From an uncultured Poribacteria bacterium (GTDB lineage: Bacteria > Poribacteria > WGA-4E > WGA-3G), in NCBI GenBank assembly GCA_951813565.1, contig OX638351.1, positions 704,001-768,000 of the forward strand: a stretch of 64,000 bases of DNA, written 5' to 3'. Below the pieces are notes generated by a model that was given only the letters and a program-made list of their open reading frames with translations, made no database searches and had not been told where the DNA came from. Each line of letters begins with the position of its first letter. Positions within the stretch are counted from its first letter, which is position 1. Below, one piece after another: positions 29,036-38,850 of this stretch. A program made the translations under genes and the position numbers.

Positions 29036-29848
29036 CTATCTTAGGGACTTTATCTGTCCCCACACAACGCTAACTTTATCCGTAGGGTCTACCGATTGTG
29101 CTTCAGCAAAACGATTTGAAATAAGTTCTGCATATTCGGTTGCGACTTGTTCGTTTCCAGGTATTGCAGTGCCGCAACAAGAGGTATGGAAATTGATAAA
29201 CCATCCCTTCATATCTTCTGTTCGATAAGCAATTGGATCGGCATTTGTGCCATCATCTGCATAACTTTCAAACTCAAAATCATTTTGTTCCAAAACATTA
29301 AGACCTGCTGGACGATTCGAAGTCCATTTTTCGAGAGAAGGTATGTACTTTTTACCGAGCTCTGTCGGAGACACGTTTGCTACACTGGCATTGGTAACGG
29401 TAACCCCAAACACCTTTTGCTGTCCTGCTCCCGCTGCGGTAACTCGTGCATTTGCACCAAAATCCCAAAAATAGTAGAAGGGATAATCTCCAATGAAGCC
29501 ACCGATACCACCATCTCTCAACCATGAATAAATTGGGTCCTCTTTACCTTTATTTTCAAAAATTGTTTCAGGTGTATTTCCCTGTGTAAGAATATAGATG
29601 CCTTTCGGGTTCGCATCCATATATTCTGCTAAACCTTCAGCGTCAACAATTTCCGCAGTCAGTTTTTCATCTTGAAGTTTTTCTACAATTAGTTCTGCTA
29701 ACTGTTGTGCCCCCGCCACCCCACCTGTAATACCTAAGCCAGCGCCATTTTCCATTTTTCCATCGTAAACGACAGCGACATCTTGTCCGAAACTGTAACT
29801 CACGAAAGTTAGAGCGATAATTGATACAAAGCAAAATACCCTTTTCAT
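29036..29848 (-). CDS. Secreted protein with a Poribacteria-type C-terminal motif
   Basis: Signal peptide; C-terminus SVDPTDKVSVVWGQIK; GAGG RBS. Confidence 0.7.
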   Translation of the reverse strand: MKRVFCFVSIIALTFVSYSFGQDVAVVYDGKMENGAGLGITGGVAGAQQLAELIVEKLQDEKLTAEIVDAEGLAEYMDANPKGIYILTQGNTPETIFENKGKEDPIYSWLRDGGIGGFIGDYPFYYFWDFGANARVTAAGAGQQKVFGVTVTNASVANVSPTELGKKYIPSLEKWTSNRPAGLNVLEQNDFEFESYADDGTNADPIAYRTEDMKGWFINFHTSCCGTAIPGNEQVATEYAELISNRFAEAQSVDPTDKVSVVWGQIKSLR

Positions 29849-30071
29849 TGTCCGGTCCTCCTAATTAGGAACTCAAATTGGTTTTAACATTATTGAATCT
29901 TCGCTTGATGATTCAGTATAACACGTTTGGACAGAATATTATAGTAAATTGTGATTCAGCATTCAACGATTCATCTTCAGTTTCTGAAAGAATCGTTGGT
30001 TGTGTAGGTGGATGGGAAGTCGGCAGCGTGTGGATGCTATTTAGGAAATAGGGGCAGATTGGGGACCGCCC

Positions 30072-30397
30072 CATAAGTGTAAACTTAAGAAAAAAATGCT
30101 GGCTCATCTCTTGTGGGAGGGCTTTCTAAGCCCGATTTTGCGAGACTCAAGCTGTTAAATCCAAATCAACGCAGCATGCGCCAAATCAACGCAGCATGCG
30201 CCAAATCAACGGTATGAATGCCATTGAGGCATTTGGCGGGTATGAATGCCTGTTGGCATTCCCCGTCCGGCATGCTGCCAAATCAACGCTGAATGCGCGT
30301 TAGGCATTCAGCCAAATCAACGCAGCATGCGCGTATGGCATGCTGCGGGGTTGAAAACCCTTCCACAAGAAGAAATTTCCTTAAATTGACACCTATG
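30072..30397. mobile_element. IS4-like MITE with a 20-bp TSD, containing a REP doublet and a micro-element array
   Basis: IRs CATAAGTGTAAACTTAAG / CTTAAATTGACACCTATG; flanks GGGCAGATTGG(G/A)GACCGCCC. Confidence 0.75.
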
Positions 30398-30439
30398 GGG
30401 CAGATTGGAGACCGCCCCTATAAAACGTCAAATCGGATT

Positions 30440-31051
30440 TTAGGCGTTTGCCGCATAGATTTCGTTGACCCGTGCCCAGTTAACGATATTTTTCCACGCC
30501 TCAACGTAGTCTGGACGACGGTTCTGATAGTTCAGATAATATGCGTGTTCCCATACGTCAATTCCAAGAAGAGGTGTATGTCCCTGCATAATTGGACTAT
30601 CTTGATTTGCTGTGGAGTAAATCTCCAATCCATTATCACCGATAACAAGCCATGCCCAACCTGAACCGAAACGTTTGGTTGCAGCAGTAGTGAATTCTTC
30701 ATCCGCAGCTTCAAGGGATCCAAAAGCAGATTTTAGCGCAGCTGCGAGCTCTCCACCGGGGTCGCCACCGTTGCCTTTGGGGCACATGACTGACCAGAAA
30801 AGTGAATGGTTTGCATGCCCGCCACCGTTGTTAATGACTGCCTGCCGAATGTCTTCTGGTACTTGATCAATATTTCTAAGCAGTTCTTCAACATCTAATT
30901 TAGCGAGGTCGTCATGACCTTCTAATGCAGCATTCAGATTGTTTACATAACCTTGATGGTGTTTTCCGTGATGGATTTCCATCGTTTGTGTGTCAATATG
31001 TGGTTCCAATGCATCGTGTGCATAAGGGAGTCTTGGTAATGTGTGTGCCAT
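30440..31051 (-). CDS. sodA: Mn/Fe superoxide dismutase
   Basis: [29 protein letters not shown]. Confidence 0.95.
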   Translation of the reverse strand: MAHTLPRLPYAHDALEPHIDTQTMEIHHGKHHQGYVNNLNAALEGHDDLAKLDVEELLRNIDQVPEDIRQAVINNGGGHANHSLFWSVMCPKGNGGDPGGELAAALKSAFGSLEAADEEFTTAATKRFGSGWAWLVIGDNGLEIYSTANQDSPIMQGHTPLLGIDVWEHAYYLNYQNRRPDYVEAWKNIVNWARVNEIYAANA

Positions 31052-31133
31052 TTAATAATAGCCTCCTTCAAAATTTAGGTCACAGAAAAGTATAGCAGAT
31101 TTATACAAAGTGCGCAAGTTTTACTTTTCTGTC

Positions 31134-32592
31134 GGGTGTGTAAAGTTTTTTGCATGAGCATCACGCAGCTTTTGTATCTGGGAACCAATACCTATCCCAA
31201 GCCTTATTCTTGGACAAACATCGCCACTTCAGCACGGCATTGATACCCGGTTTCTCCCACCTCATAGATGCTTGTTTACATCTCTGCCCCACAACATGTG
31301 GACAAGCACTTTCAATCACACCGCTTCCGATTTGATAGCTTTTTTCTCTAAACGCTTTATACTGCGGACGCTTCTTATGTTTTTCAAAATAGCCTGCCTC
31401 TCTTTCTAAAATATCCGATACTTCCGGGGTCTGTGTGTCTAAGCCACGAATGCGTGCGGCTACTTCTGTAATGTTGCCATCATAAAGGATAGGTTCTGTC
31501 GTTTTTACCCAGTCTTGTATCGCCTCTGTTTCAGTCTCTCCGAACGCAACTTTAGCAACATCATATAGATGAGACTTCGCATGCATATAATCCACAATCT
31601 CTACAGCATTGGGGAAGTATTCATCCGCTAAGTTCCATATCCACGCAGCACCATCACCAAGAAACACAATCTCTTGCGTATCTATCGCTTCTTGGTAGAT
31701 GCCACTATTGGTTGCTAACGCATATAACTCCTTACCAAAATGTGCTGCATCATTACGCGTTGCGACATAACGGATACTTGTCTCTCTCGCACTTGACACC
31801 GCATCAGAACCACATTGTGGATAATCTCTGTAAACACTACCAACTTTTGTCTCTTTCCACCCATCAGGGGAGTTGGTATGACACCCATCACAACTCACAG
31901 GCCATCGCTCATTTTCTGCGAGTTTTTGAGGTGCCACTTGTTCACAGACGCTCAAATCTTCTGACCATTCACTCACTTTGTGTTGGAGCGTCGTGTGGCT
32001 GACTTCTATACCTTGATGCGACAACTCTGATGCCGCTTCTCTATAGTCAAGAAGGGCAGACAGACGACACATCGTTTCAGCAACACGACGCGTGTATTGA
32101 CCCAATAACTTCTGTTTGACCTCCCACGGCGCGTGACGATGTCCTTGTTCACAACAATACACCCAACGATTTACGCTTGTTTTTCCACAAAGTGTTGTGA
32201 AATAACGCGCACGCATACGCAATGGACGACAAAGTTCTTGACACGCTGGACATTCAACTGGTTCACGCTCTTTCTTATTTGACTTTTTAGAAACACACAT
32301 TTCTAAAAACTTTTGTTTAAAAGAACAAAATGCTTCGGAAACACGGACTTCAACATCACCTAAAGATAAACCCTCGTCAGAATTGATGTCTACATAAAGA
32401 TCGTTGATCTCTTTTACAAACTCGTTAAAATCTGCTTTGTAATCGTTGCCTTCACAAGGACTTAATGATATACTTGGCATTGGTATCCTCTCCTATAATA
32501 GTGTGATAATTATTAGGGTAGGATACCAGTTATATACATTTTCTACAAGAACTCCATTCATTTCAATTTCATGCCAAAAACTTTACACACCC
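31134..32592 (-). mobile_element. ISKra4/ISLre2-like insertion sequence
   Basis: 24-bp IRs GGGTGTGTAAAGTTTTT(T/G)GCATGA; no TSD visible. Confidence 0.85.
31161..32480 (-). CDS. ISKra4/UPF0236-like DDE transposase
   Basis: CPAC, SCDG, LGDGAAWIW, VD.MHA..HL, IGSGVIESAC, MRW. Confidence 0.85.
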   Translation of the reverse strand: MPSISLSPCEGNDYKADFNEFVKEINDLYVDINSDEGLSLGDVEVRVSEAFCSFKQKFLEMCVSKKSNKKEREPVECPACQELCRPLRMRARYFTTLCGKTSVNRWVYCCEQGHRHAPWEVKQKLLGQYTRRVAETMCRLSALLDYREAASELSHQGIEVSHTTLQHKVSEWSEDLSVCEQVAPQKLAENERWPVSCDGCHTNSPDGWKETKVGSVYRDYPQCGSDAVSSARETSIRYVATRNDAAHFGKELYALATNSGIYQEAIDTQEIVFLGDGAAWIWNLADEYFPNAVEIVDYMHAKSHLYDVAKVAFGETETEAIQDWVKTTEPILYDGNITEVAARIRGLDTQTPEVSDILEREAGYFEKHKKRPQYKAFREKSYQIGSGVIESACPHVVGQRCKQASMRWEKPGINAVLKWRCLSKNKAWDRYWFPDTKAA

Positions 32593-32608
32593 ATAAATCA
32601 GAAAAAAG

Positions 32609-32637
32609 TTGACAAATACTTGGTAATCGTGTATACT
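32609..32637 (+). promoter_or_regulatory. Sigma70 promoter of the tRNA pair
   Basis: TTGACA-17 bp-TATACT. Confidence 0.75.
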
Positions 32638-32653
32638 ATTATATTGTTCTTTA

Positions 32654-32739
32654 GGTCGAGTGGTGGAATCGGTAGACACAATGGACTTAAAATCCATCGC
32701 CCATAAACAGGCGTGAGGGTTCAAGTCCCTCCTCGACCA
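32654..32739 (+). tRNA. tRNA-Leu(TAA)
   Basis: GGTCGAG/CTCGACC acceptor stem, ATGGA-CTTAAAA-TCCAT anticodon arm, long variable arm, GTTCAAG T loop; CCA not encoded. Confidence 0.95.
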
Positions 32740-32752
32740 TATTGATTTTTGC

Positions 32753-32826
<74 letters not shown>

Positions 32827-32979
32827 TCTTCCTTATTTCCCCCGCAATTTTTTCCTTCTATACATCTATAATACATAACACCTCAATAGGCGCGCTTACA
32901 AAAAGCGCGCCTACTTGTGATTGTAAGAGCCGTTGATGCTGCGCTATAAATGTTTTATGTGATGATGTAGTAACTTGGG

Positions 32980-34044
32980 TTAGTGTAAGACACTGAAATC
33001 ATCGGGAGGATGCACTGGATAGGGACTGATATCGTAGTCACCATCCAGCGAAATATCGTCAACCATGACGATTTTATCTGATAGCGCGGATTGGTGCATC
33101 GCAAAAATAGTCTGGATGATGTGTAAGTTGCTGCGTCCATCTGTAAGCGGTTTGTTGCCCATTTGCAAGCATTCAAGAAAGTGAACCATTGCATTACCGA
33201 AAGCATCAGGAAACCAAGTTCCGTCTATTTCGGGTTTAATCTGGTGTATTTCAGGTTCTGTGAGGTGAACGGTCATATCTGCGCTATTTCCGTAGATAAC
33301 ACCTTTGGTGCCTTGAATTCGGATTTCTTCGTGTGGATGTTTGAGATTGTGGCCAGAATTTGCGAGGAATGACCAGTTACAGGAAAGCAATCCTTTTATT
33401 CCGCTGCGGCATTTGAAAAGAGCGACAGAAATTGTTTCGCCTTCTTCAACGGATCGGTCATGTCCATGTGCTTGGCAGTAGACACTTTCAAACTCTCCAA
33501 ACCATTTATGGATAAGACTGATATGATGCACTTGCATTACAGGGATAAGGTGTTTTCCGGGATAGGTGGTATGAAATCCGTTGCAGGTAATGGAAACGTG
33601 GTAGATTTCACCGAGGTGTTCGGTGTTTATATTGGGCTCAATAGCGAGAAATCCCGGCACAAAACATGAGTTTTGGTTTATCATGAGTTGCACATTGTGC
33701 TTGTCACAGGTGTTTACCATCTCAACGGCTTGGGGCATCGTCATTGAAAAAGGTTTTTGGCAGAAGATGTGTTTTCCTGCTTGGGCGGCAGCGTTCACAA
33801 TGGGCGACCGTATCCACGGATGGACTGCCATGTCAACGATATCAACATCTGCATCAGCAATCAAGTCAACGATGCGGGTATACCGTTTGTGGATGTTAAA
33901 CCTGTCGCTAACCTCATGCAGGCGTTCTTCGTTTTTATCACAAATTGCAGCGACTCGTAAGTTCTTACGTTGATAACCGAGTAGGTGTTGCTGTCCTATT
34001 CCTAAGCCTATTAGACCGATGCCGAGGTCTTGCAAGTTTGTCAT
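32980..34044 (-). CDS. Gfo/Idh/MocA oxidoreductase
   Basis: IGLIGLG, GKHIFCQKP. Confidence 0.88.
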   Translation of the reverse strand: MTNLQDLGIGLIGLGIGQQHLLGYQRKNLRVAAICDKNEERLHEVSDRFNIHKRYTRIVDLIADADVDIVDMAVHPWIRSPIVNAAAQAGKHIFCQKPFSMTMPQAVEMVNTCDKHNVQLMINQNSCFVPGFLAIEPNINTEHLGEIYHVSITCNGFHTTYPGKHLIPVMQVHHISLIHKWFGEFESVYCQAHGHDRSVEEGETISVALFKCRSGIKGLLSCNWSFLANSGHNLKHPHEEIRIQGTKGVIYGNSADMTVHLTEPEIHQIKPEIDGTWFPDAFGNAMVHFLECLQMGNKPLTDGRSNLHIIQTIFAMHQSALSDKIVMVDDISLDGDYDISPYPVHPPDDFSVLH

Positions 34045-34101
34045 GTGTTTTGTAATTTCTTGATAGAGAGACAGCTTGTATTACACTATAAACACAAAAT
34101 C

Positions 34102-35364
34102 TCAAATGCCTAACCCGTCATCAATTTCTTGCTGATAAGTATTGATGGATTCGTCAAGCATTTTGTCCAAGTGAACGATTTGTCCTGTCGCACCGGATTC
34201 AAGCATCGCATAAGAGATTGCAACGGAACGGGTGCCTTGATACGCATCAACTTCAATAGGATGATTGCCAGCAATTGCTTCCGCGAAATCACCATACTCA
34301 ATTGCAATGATCTTCGCATCCGTATCGGGAAACGGGAAATTATATTGCCACAGACGGTCACCACCGAACAGGTCAGTCGTAACGGCATCAAGACGAAAAT
34401 CCGGCACAAGGTCTAATAATTTTTCATCGTTAATCGTGCCTTGTCCATCAATTTGTAGAGAGATAACTCTGCCACTTCTGTCCCCTGGAAGTGTCATTGA
34501 GCCTTGAGACCCGTTAATTTGTCTGACCCAACCCCCTTGTCCCCACGCGCCGTGGTCTTCAATATATTGCCCGACGACTCCATTTTTAAAAGTCAACGTT
34601 GCATACGCCGCGTCTTCTGCTGTTGCCTCAAATTCAGCAGGCATTTTACGTTGCCATTCCGTATAGACACCCGCGGGATTCGACCCGGATTCACCACTTA
34701 TTGCAGCAGGGTTGTGTCGGATCGGTTCATGAAGGCGAGTTTGCGCGTAGACGGTTTCAACTTCACCGAGCAGATACTCAATGATATCGGCATAATGGAC
34801 ACCAACATCAAGCAGGACACCACTTTGATCTTTTTGATGCCGCCAGACAGAGATAAGCATGCGATTTGAACCACCAATCGCATGATGAATAAGAAAGCGC
34901 GGTTTCCCAATAACTTCCGCATCAAGCAAGGCTTTAGCAAGCCGATTGACAGGGTCGCGCCGATAGTTCTCTGCGACACTCAGCACAGCATCAGATTTTT
35001 CTGCTGCACGACGGATTAGGTTACATGCGCGAACGGTCAATCCCATCGGTTTTTCTACCATCGTATGCCATCCACGTTCAAGTGTTTCAACGGCAACGGT
35101 ATGGTGATACGGTGGTGTAGTTGTTACGTCAACGGCGTCAACACCGATTTCAGCGAGTTCTTCCAGATTTCCAACAACAGCAGGTTTCTTGCCGAAACGC
35201 CCCTCTGCTTGTGCAGCAAGTGACTCAGCATTGGCAAGAACAGGGTCACACGCGCCGACGAGATCAAACCGCTCCCATCCTGCCCGATGGAGTTCTGCTA
35301 ACCCATACATGTGTCGGTGTCCCATACCGCCACATCCAACAATTGCTAATCGAATAGTATTCAT
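34102..35364 (-). CDS. Gfo/Idh/MocA oxidoreductase
   Basis: AIVGCGGMG, VEKP, LLDVGVH. Confidence 0.9.
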   Translation of the reverse strand: MNTIRLAIVGCGGMGHRHMYGLAELHRAGWERFDLVGACDPVLANAESLAAQAEGRFGKKPAVVGNLEELAEIGVDAVDVTTTPPYHHTVAVETLERGWHTMVEKPMGLTVRACNLIRRAAEKSDAVLSVAENYRRDPVNRLAKALLDAEVIGKPRFLIHHAIGGSNRMLISVWRHQKDQSGVLLDVGVHYADIIEYLLGEVETVYAQTRLHEPIRHNPAAISGESGSNPAGVYTEWQRKMPAEFEATAEDAAYATLTFKNGVVGQYIEDHGAWGQGGWVRQINGSQGSMTLPGDRSGRVISLQIDGQGTINDEKLLDLVPDFRLDAVTTDLFGGDRLWQYNFPFPDTDAKIIAIEYGDFAEAIAGNHPIEVDAYQGTRSVAISYAMLESGATGQIVHLDKMLDESINTYQQEIDDGLGI

Positions 35365-35373
35365 ATCTCGTTC

Positions 35374-36996
35374 CTAATTCTTAAGTATAACTTCCAACCT
35401 TTTTAGATCTTTTTCCAGTAGTTTTCTATCACTTTTATATAGGTCTCGACGGTTTAGCACACTTTCAGCGTATTTTTTCCCTCTGCTGATAAGTGGGCCT
35501 CTTATCCTTACTTTGCCGGGACCGACATTATATGCACCGAGTGCCAGGGTTACATTATTGAGATATTTCTCTAAAAGATAGTTGAAATAGACCAATCCCG
35601 CGTTTAGGTTTTTCTCAGCGTCAAATCGCTCATCTACTTTCCTATCAAAGTTTGGTTTAAGTTTATTCGAGTATCTTGGGACTTTCAAGCCGTATTCCCG
35701 TGCGGTTCCAGGCACCATCTGCATTAAGCCGCCTGCCCCAGTTTTTGACACAGCCACAGGATTAAATTTTGATTCTACATAAATAATGGCTAACATCAGT
35801 TCAATAGAGATGTTGTGTTTTTTTGCAATTTGAATGCTCTTTTTTAGTGAAGAATTAGGTGTAGGTTTAACTTTTTCGGGGTAAGGCTTATCAGGTGTTT
35901 GCGGTGTTACGTGGGGTGTTGTACTGCTAAGGTCTGATTCAGCACCTTTTAGGTTATCAGGTGTTTGCGGTGTCTCAATGGGAGTTGTGTTGCTGGATAT
36001 AGGTTTGACTTTTTCGTTTCTAAGCCTATCAGATGTTTGTTGTGGTTCACCAAAAGTGAGACCAATTGAAAGTAGATGTTTATACTCAAGATTGTTTTCA
36101 TTCAAAAAAGTATAATAGGTTTGCTTCCCCCACTGTTTGAATGCGAGTCCTAAACTCCATGAGTGAGTAGGTGTTCCAGTGTCAAAGGAGAAATGCGATC
36201 CGACATTAGCAGAAAGAGGTCCTGTCACGATTTCCACACTTGTACCCAAACTCGGAGGTACAGTATTAAAACTGGCATGCCATCTAACAAATTGATGGGG
36301 TATTAGGGTAGTTCCTACAGCAAATTGCGGGTCAAAGGTTTTTAAAACTATACCATTTTTATCTTGAATGGATACACCGCTAATATCGCGAATCTGCATG
36401 CCTACGATAGCATGAGGGGAAAGAGTCATCAATGCTCCGATATCATAATTTGGAGCCCAGAGGCTGTTCTGATAAGGGGCACGACTATATCCAGTGCTTG
36501 CTCCAAGCTGCACCGGTCCGAATTTCCTTGCATAGGAGAGTAGAGCTTGATTGTAACCGTACTCAAATGTGCCAATAGGGTTGGAATCGTGATTTACCAA
36601 GAAACGATCAGAAAGGTTGAGATCAAGGAGGTTTATACCGAAAGTTCCAATTGGGTTAATAGGATATGCAAGGGAAAACGCACCTTGTGAGAAATCATAA
36701 ATCAGATTTCCACGGTCAAGGGATGCGAGTCCTGCGGGATTCCAAAGCGGACTTGTTGCATCATCAGCACCACTAATAAAAGCACGACTCAATCCGAGTC
36801 CGCGCGTTCCAATTGCAGGTCTCGGTTGATGTGTTTCAATTTCGTGCTGACTGTTGACCGAATCTGAAAAGATGTGATTTCCACTGGGAAAACACATGAA
36901 TAGGAGGAGTAAGATGACTGTGAAAAACCATCTTGGTTCACGGGAGATCAAGGTGGCGAGCTGGATTTTCACTTTTCCCTTTGTATCTAATTTCAA
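35374..36996 (-). CDS. PorV/FadL-like beta-barrel fused to a soluble lytic transglycosylase (SLT) domain
   Basis: GTRGLGLSRAF...ADDATSPLWNPAGL; C-terminal IIYVESKFNP.AVS..GA.GLMQ..P.TA and AYNVG; start uncertain. Confidence 0.75.
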   Translation of the reverse strand: MKLDTKGKVKIQLATLISREPRWFFTVILLLLFMCFPSGNHIFSDSVNSQHEIETHQPRPAIGTRGLGLSRAFISGADDATSPLWNPAGLASLDRGNLIYDFSQGAFSLAYPINPIGTFGINLLDLNLSDRFLVNHDSNPIGTFEYGYNQALLSYARKFGPVQLGASTGYSRAPYQNSLWAPNYDIGALMTLSPHAIVGMQIRDISGVSIQDKNGIVLKTFDPQFAVGTTLIPHQFVRWHASFNTVPPSLGTSVEIVTGPLSANVGSHFSFDTGTPTHSWSLGLAFKQWGKQTYYTFLNENNLEYKHLLSIGLTFGEPQQTSDRLRNEKVKPISSNTTPIETPQTPDNLKGAESDLSSTTPHVTPQTPDKPYPEKVKPTPNSSLKKSIQIAKKHNISIELMLAIIYVESKFNPVAVSKTGAGGLMQMVPGTAREYGLKVPRYSNKLKPNFDRKVDERFDAEKNLNAGLVYFNYLLEKYLNNVTLALGAYNVGPGKVRIRGPLISRGKKYAESVLNRRDLYKSDRKLLEKDLKRLEVILKN

Positions 36997-37753
36997 AATG
37001 CAGATGAGGACCTGTTGAAATTCCGGTGTTTCCGGTCAAACCGATAACTTGTCCTTGTCGGACGAAATCACCGACGGATACATAAATCCTTGACAAGTGT
37101 CCATAAGATGTGCTGAAATCGTCTTCGTGTTGTATGGAGACTGTTTTGCCATAGCCGCCTTTTCTTGCTGCATAGGTAACTGTCCCTGTCTTTGAAGCAT
37201 AAACTCGTGTACCAGTTCTTGCACGGAAATCTATGCCTTCGTGCAGACGGTAATGGCGCGTTACAGGATGGTTGCGATAACCGTAATGTGATGTTACAAC
37301 TAAAGGAATTTGTAACGGAATTTCGAAACCGACACTTTCATGAACCGGGATAAAAATTTCCTGACCTATTTGGAGTTGTTTCGGATTGGAAATGTTATTT
37401 ATTTTTTGAAGTTCTTTCCAATCCTTAATATTGTGCTTTCGTGCGATATTATATAATGTATCCCCGTCTTTAATAACATGCCAAGTCCCATCCGCACTTC
37501 CACCGGCATTTGGGGTTTTTGCGTCGATTGGGATTATTAACTTTTTTCCAATTTGCAAGTGATCTATAGACTTCAAATTGTTGGTTTTGGCAATAGATTT
37601 TACGGACACATCATATTTTCTGGCAATCCCTGACAATGTTTCTCCTGCCTTGACCTTATGTACTAGTCCTGCAATACACGAAGATGTCCACGATACTGAA
37701 ATAAAAACAATGGATAAAACGGTTATAACTACTTTAAAATTTTTTCTCTTCAT
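36938..37753 (-). CDS. LysM x2 + M23 peptidase
   Basis: HKVKAGETLS.IA, HEGID, YGHL, STGPHLHFE. Confidence 0.92.
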   Translation of the reverse strand: MKRKNFKVVITVLSIVFISVSWTSSCIAGLVHKVKAGETLSGIARKYDVSVKSIAKTNNLKSIDHLQIGKKLIIPIDAKTPNAGGSADGTWHVIKDGDTLYNIARKHNIKDWKELQKINNISNPKQLQIGQEIFIPVHESVGFEIPLQIPLVVTSHYGYRNHPVTRHYRLHEGIDFRARTGTRVYASKTGTVTYAARKGGYGKTVSIQHEDDFSTSYGHLSRIYVSVGDFVRQGQVIGLTGNTGISTGPHLHFEIRYKGKSENPARHLDLP

Positions 37754-38044
37754 TTCATACCTACAATTGGGTTATGCCAGCCTGAAACTATCTTATGAAC
37801 TGCAATAAATAGTGCTTAATAGACCCTTGCCACGCTTATGAGGTGAATATTATAATAGATTTTACAATTGAATGATACATCTTGATAGGTCCGCTTACAG
37901 AGCACACCTCCAAGTAGATGTATACCTATTTTATACTTTACTATACCATATAAATAACGAAATGCCCAATGAATTTTTTCTGTTGACGAGATTTACGCTC
38001 CATTTGAGTTTAGTACGATAGTTCGTTTTCCTATAGCTGCGATG

Positions 38045-38578
38045 CTATTCACGGGCTACCTTTAGCAATATCTCTGTCGTATCTGAAAAAATTTGCGTGT
38101 CGGTTTGAATTCCTGTGGATTCAACAGAAACGACTTCGCTGATCACAGTCACAACGAGTTGTAGAACCTCAACCCGCGTATTTACTTCACCTAACGTATC
38201 GGGGGCTGTCCATGTTACTGGATTGTCGTTGGTGGAGGAAAGCGTTCCATAATCGGTAATGTTTAGCCAATGTAAGACGACACTTGTTCCTCTAACCCCC
38301 TTAACTGCAGCAGTCAGTTCTACTTGTTCTCCCGGCTTGACCACTTTTTTTGTAACCGTCACTGTTACATCAAGATCACCCGCTTCCTCTACGTTTCCTA
38401 CCTCTTCGGTGGTTTCTAATGCAACGATAGCATCACCAGAATCCGCTATATCCTCTTCCACCAAATCAGCGTCAGTTACGGGGTTATTCAAGTTACTACC
38501 ACCGCATCCTGAGATATTTAAAACTAACCCAACAAAAAAAATGCTAAAAAATAATACAAGAAATTGAAATGTTCTCAT
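38045..38578 (-). CDS. Putative lipoprotein with an Ig-like domain
   Basis: Lipobox ISGC; 'VTWTAP' Ig-like motif. Confidence 0.65.
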   Translation of the reverse strand: MRTFQFLVLFFSIFFVGLVLNISGCGGSNLNNPVTDADLVEEDIADSGDAIVALETTEEVGNVEEAGDLDVTVTVTKKVVKPGEQVELTAAVKGVRGTSVVLHWLNITDYGTLSSTNDNPVTWTAPDTLGEVNTRVEVLQLVVTVISEVVSVESTGIQTDTQIFSDTTEILLKVARE

Positions 38579-38850
38579 GACTCCACCCATTTTCTACATT
38601 TGGGACAGAACGCTCAACATTACTTGTCCAAATCCCGTCTCCGTAGATAAGACAGATTAGGTTTTTGGTTTTAAGCGCACACGCAACACTATACGCCTTA
38701 AAATCTTTGGGCAAACCCAATCCGTAAAAATTAATATGGATACACAATAATTTTAATACGGATAAAGCGGAAAACGGTTGCAAAAAAAAATGAGTGAGAC
38801 ACTAAAAGAGGGATTTGGCAGGGCAGAATTGCCTCTGCCAAATCAATAGG

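Noticed and set aside
30161..30346. CRISPR array
   Set aside because: The constant part is only 9-10 bp, spacing is irregular, the units are hairpins that nest, and there are no cas genes in the window.
31134..32739. tRNA-anchored integrative element
   Set aside because: No integrase or att duplication; the IS lies upstream of the tRNA promoter.
37760..38790. Riboswitches upstream of the LysM-M23 or lipoprotein genes
   Set aside because: No recognisable c-di-GMP, c-di-AMP or other consensus found by eye.
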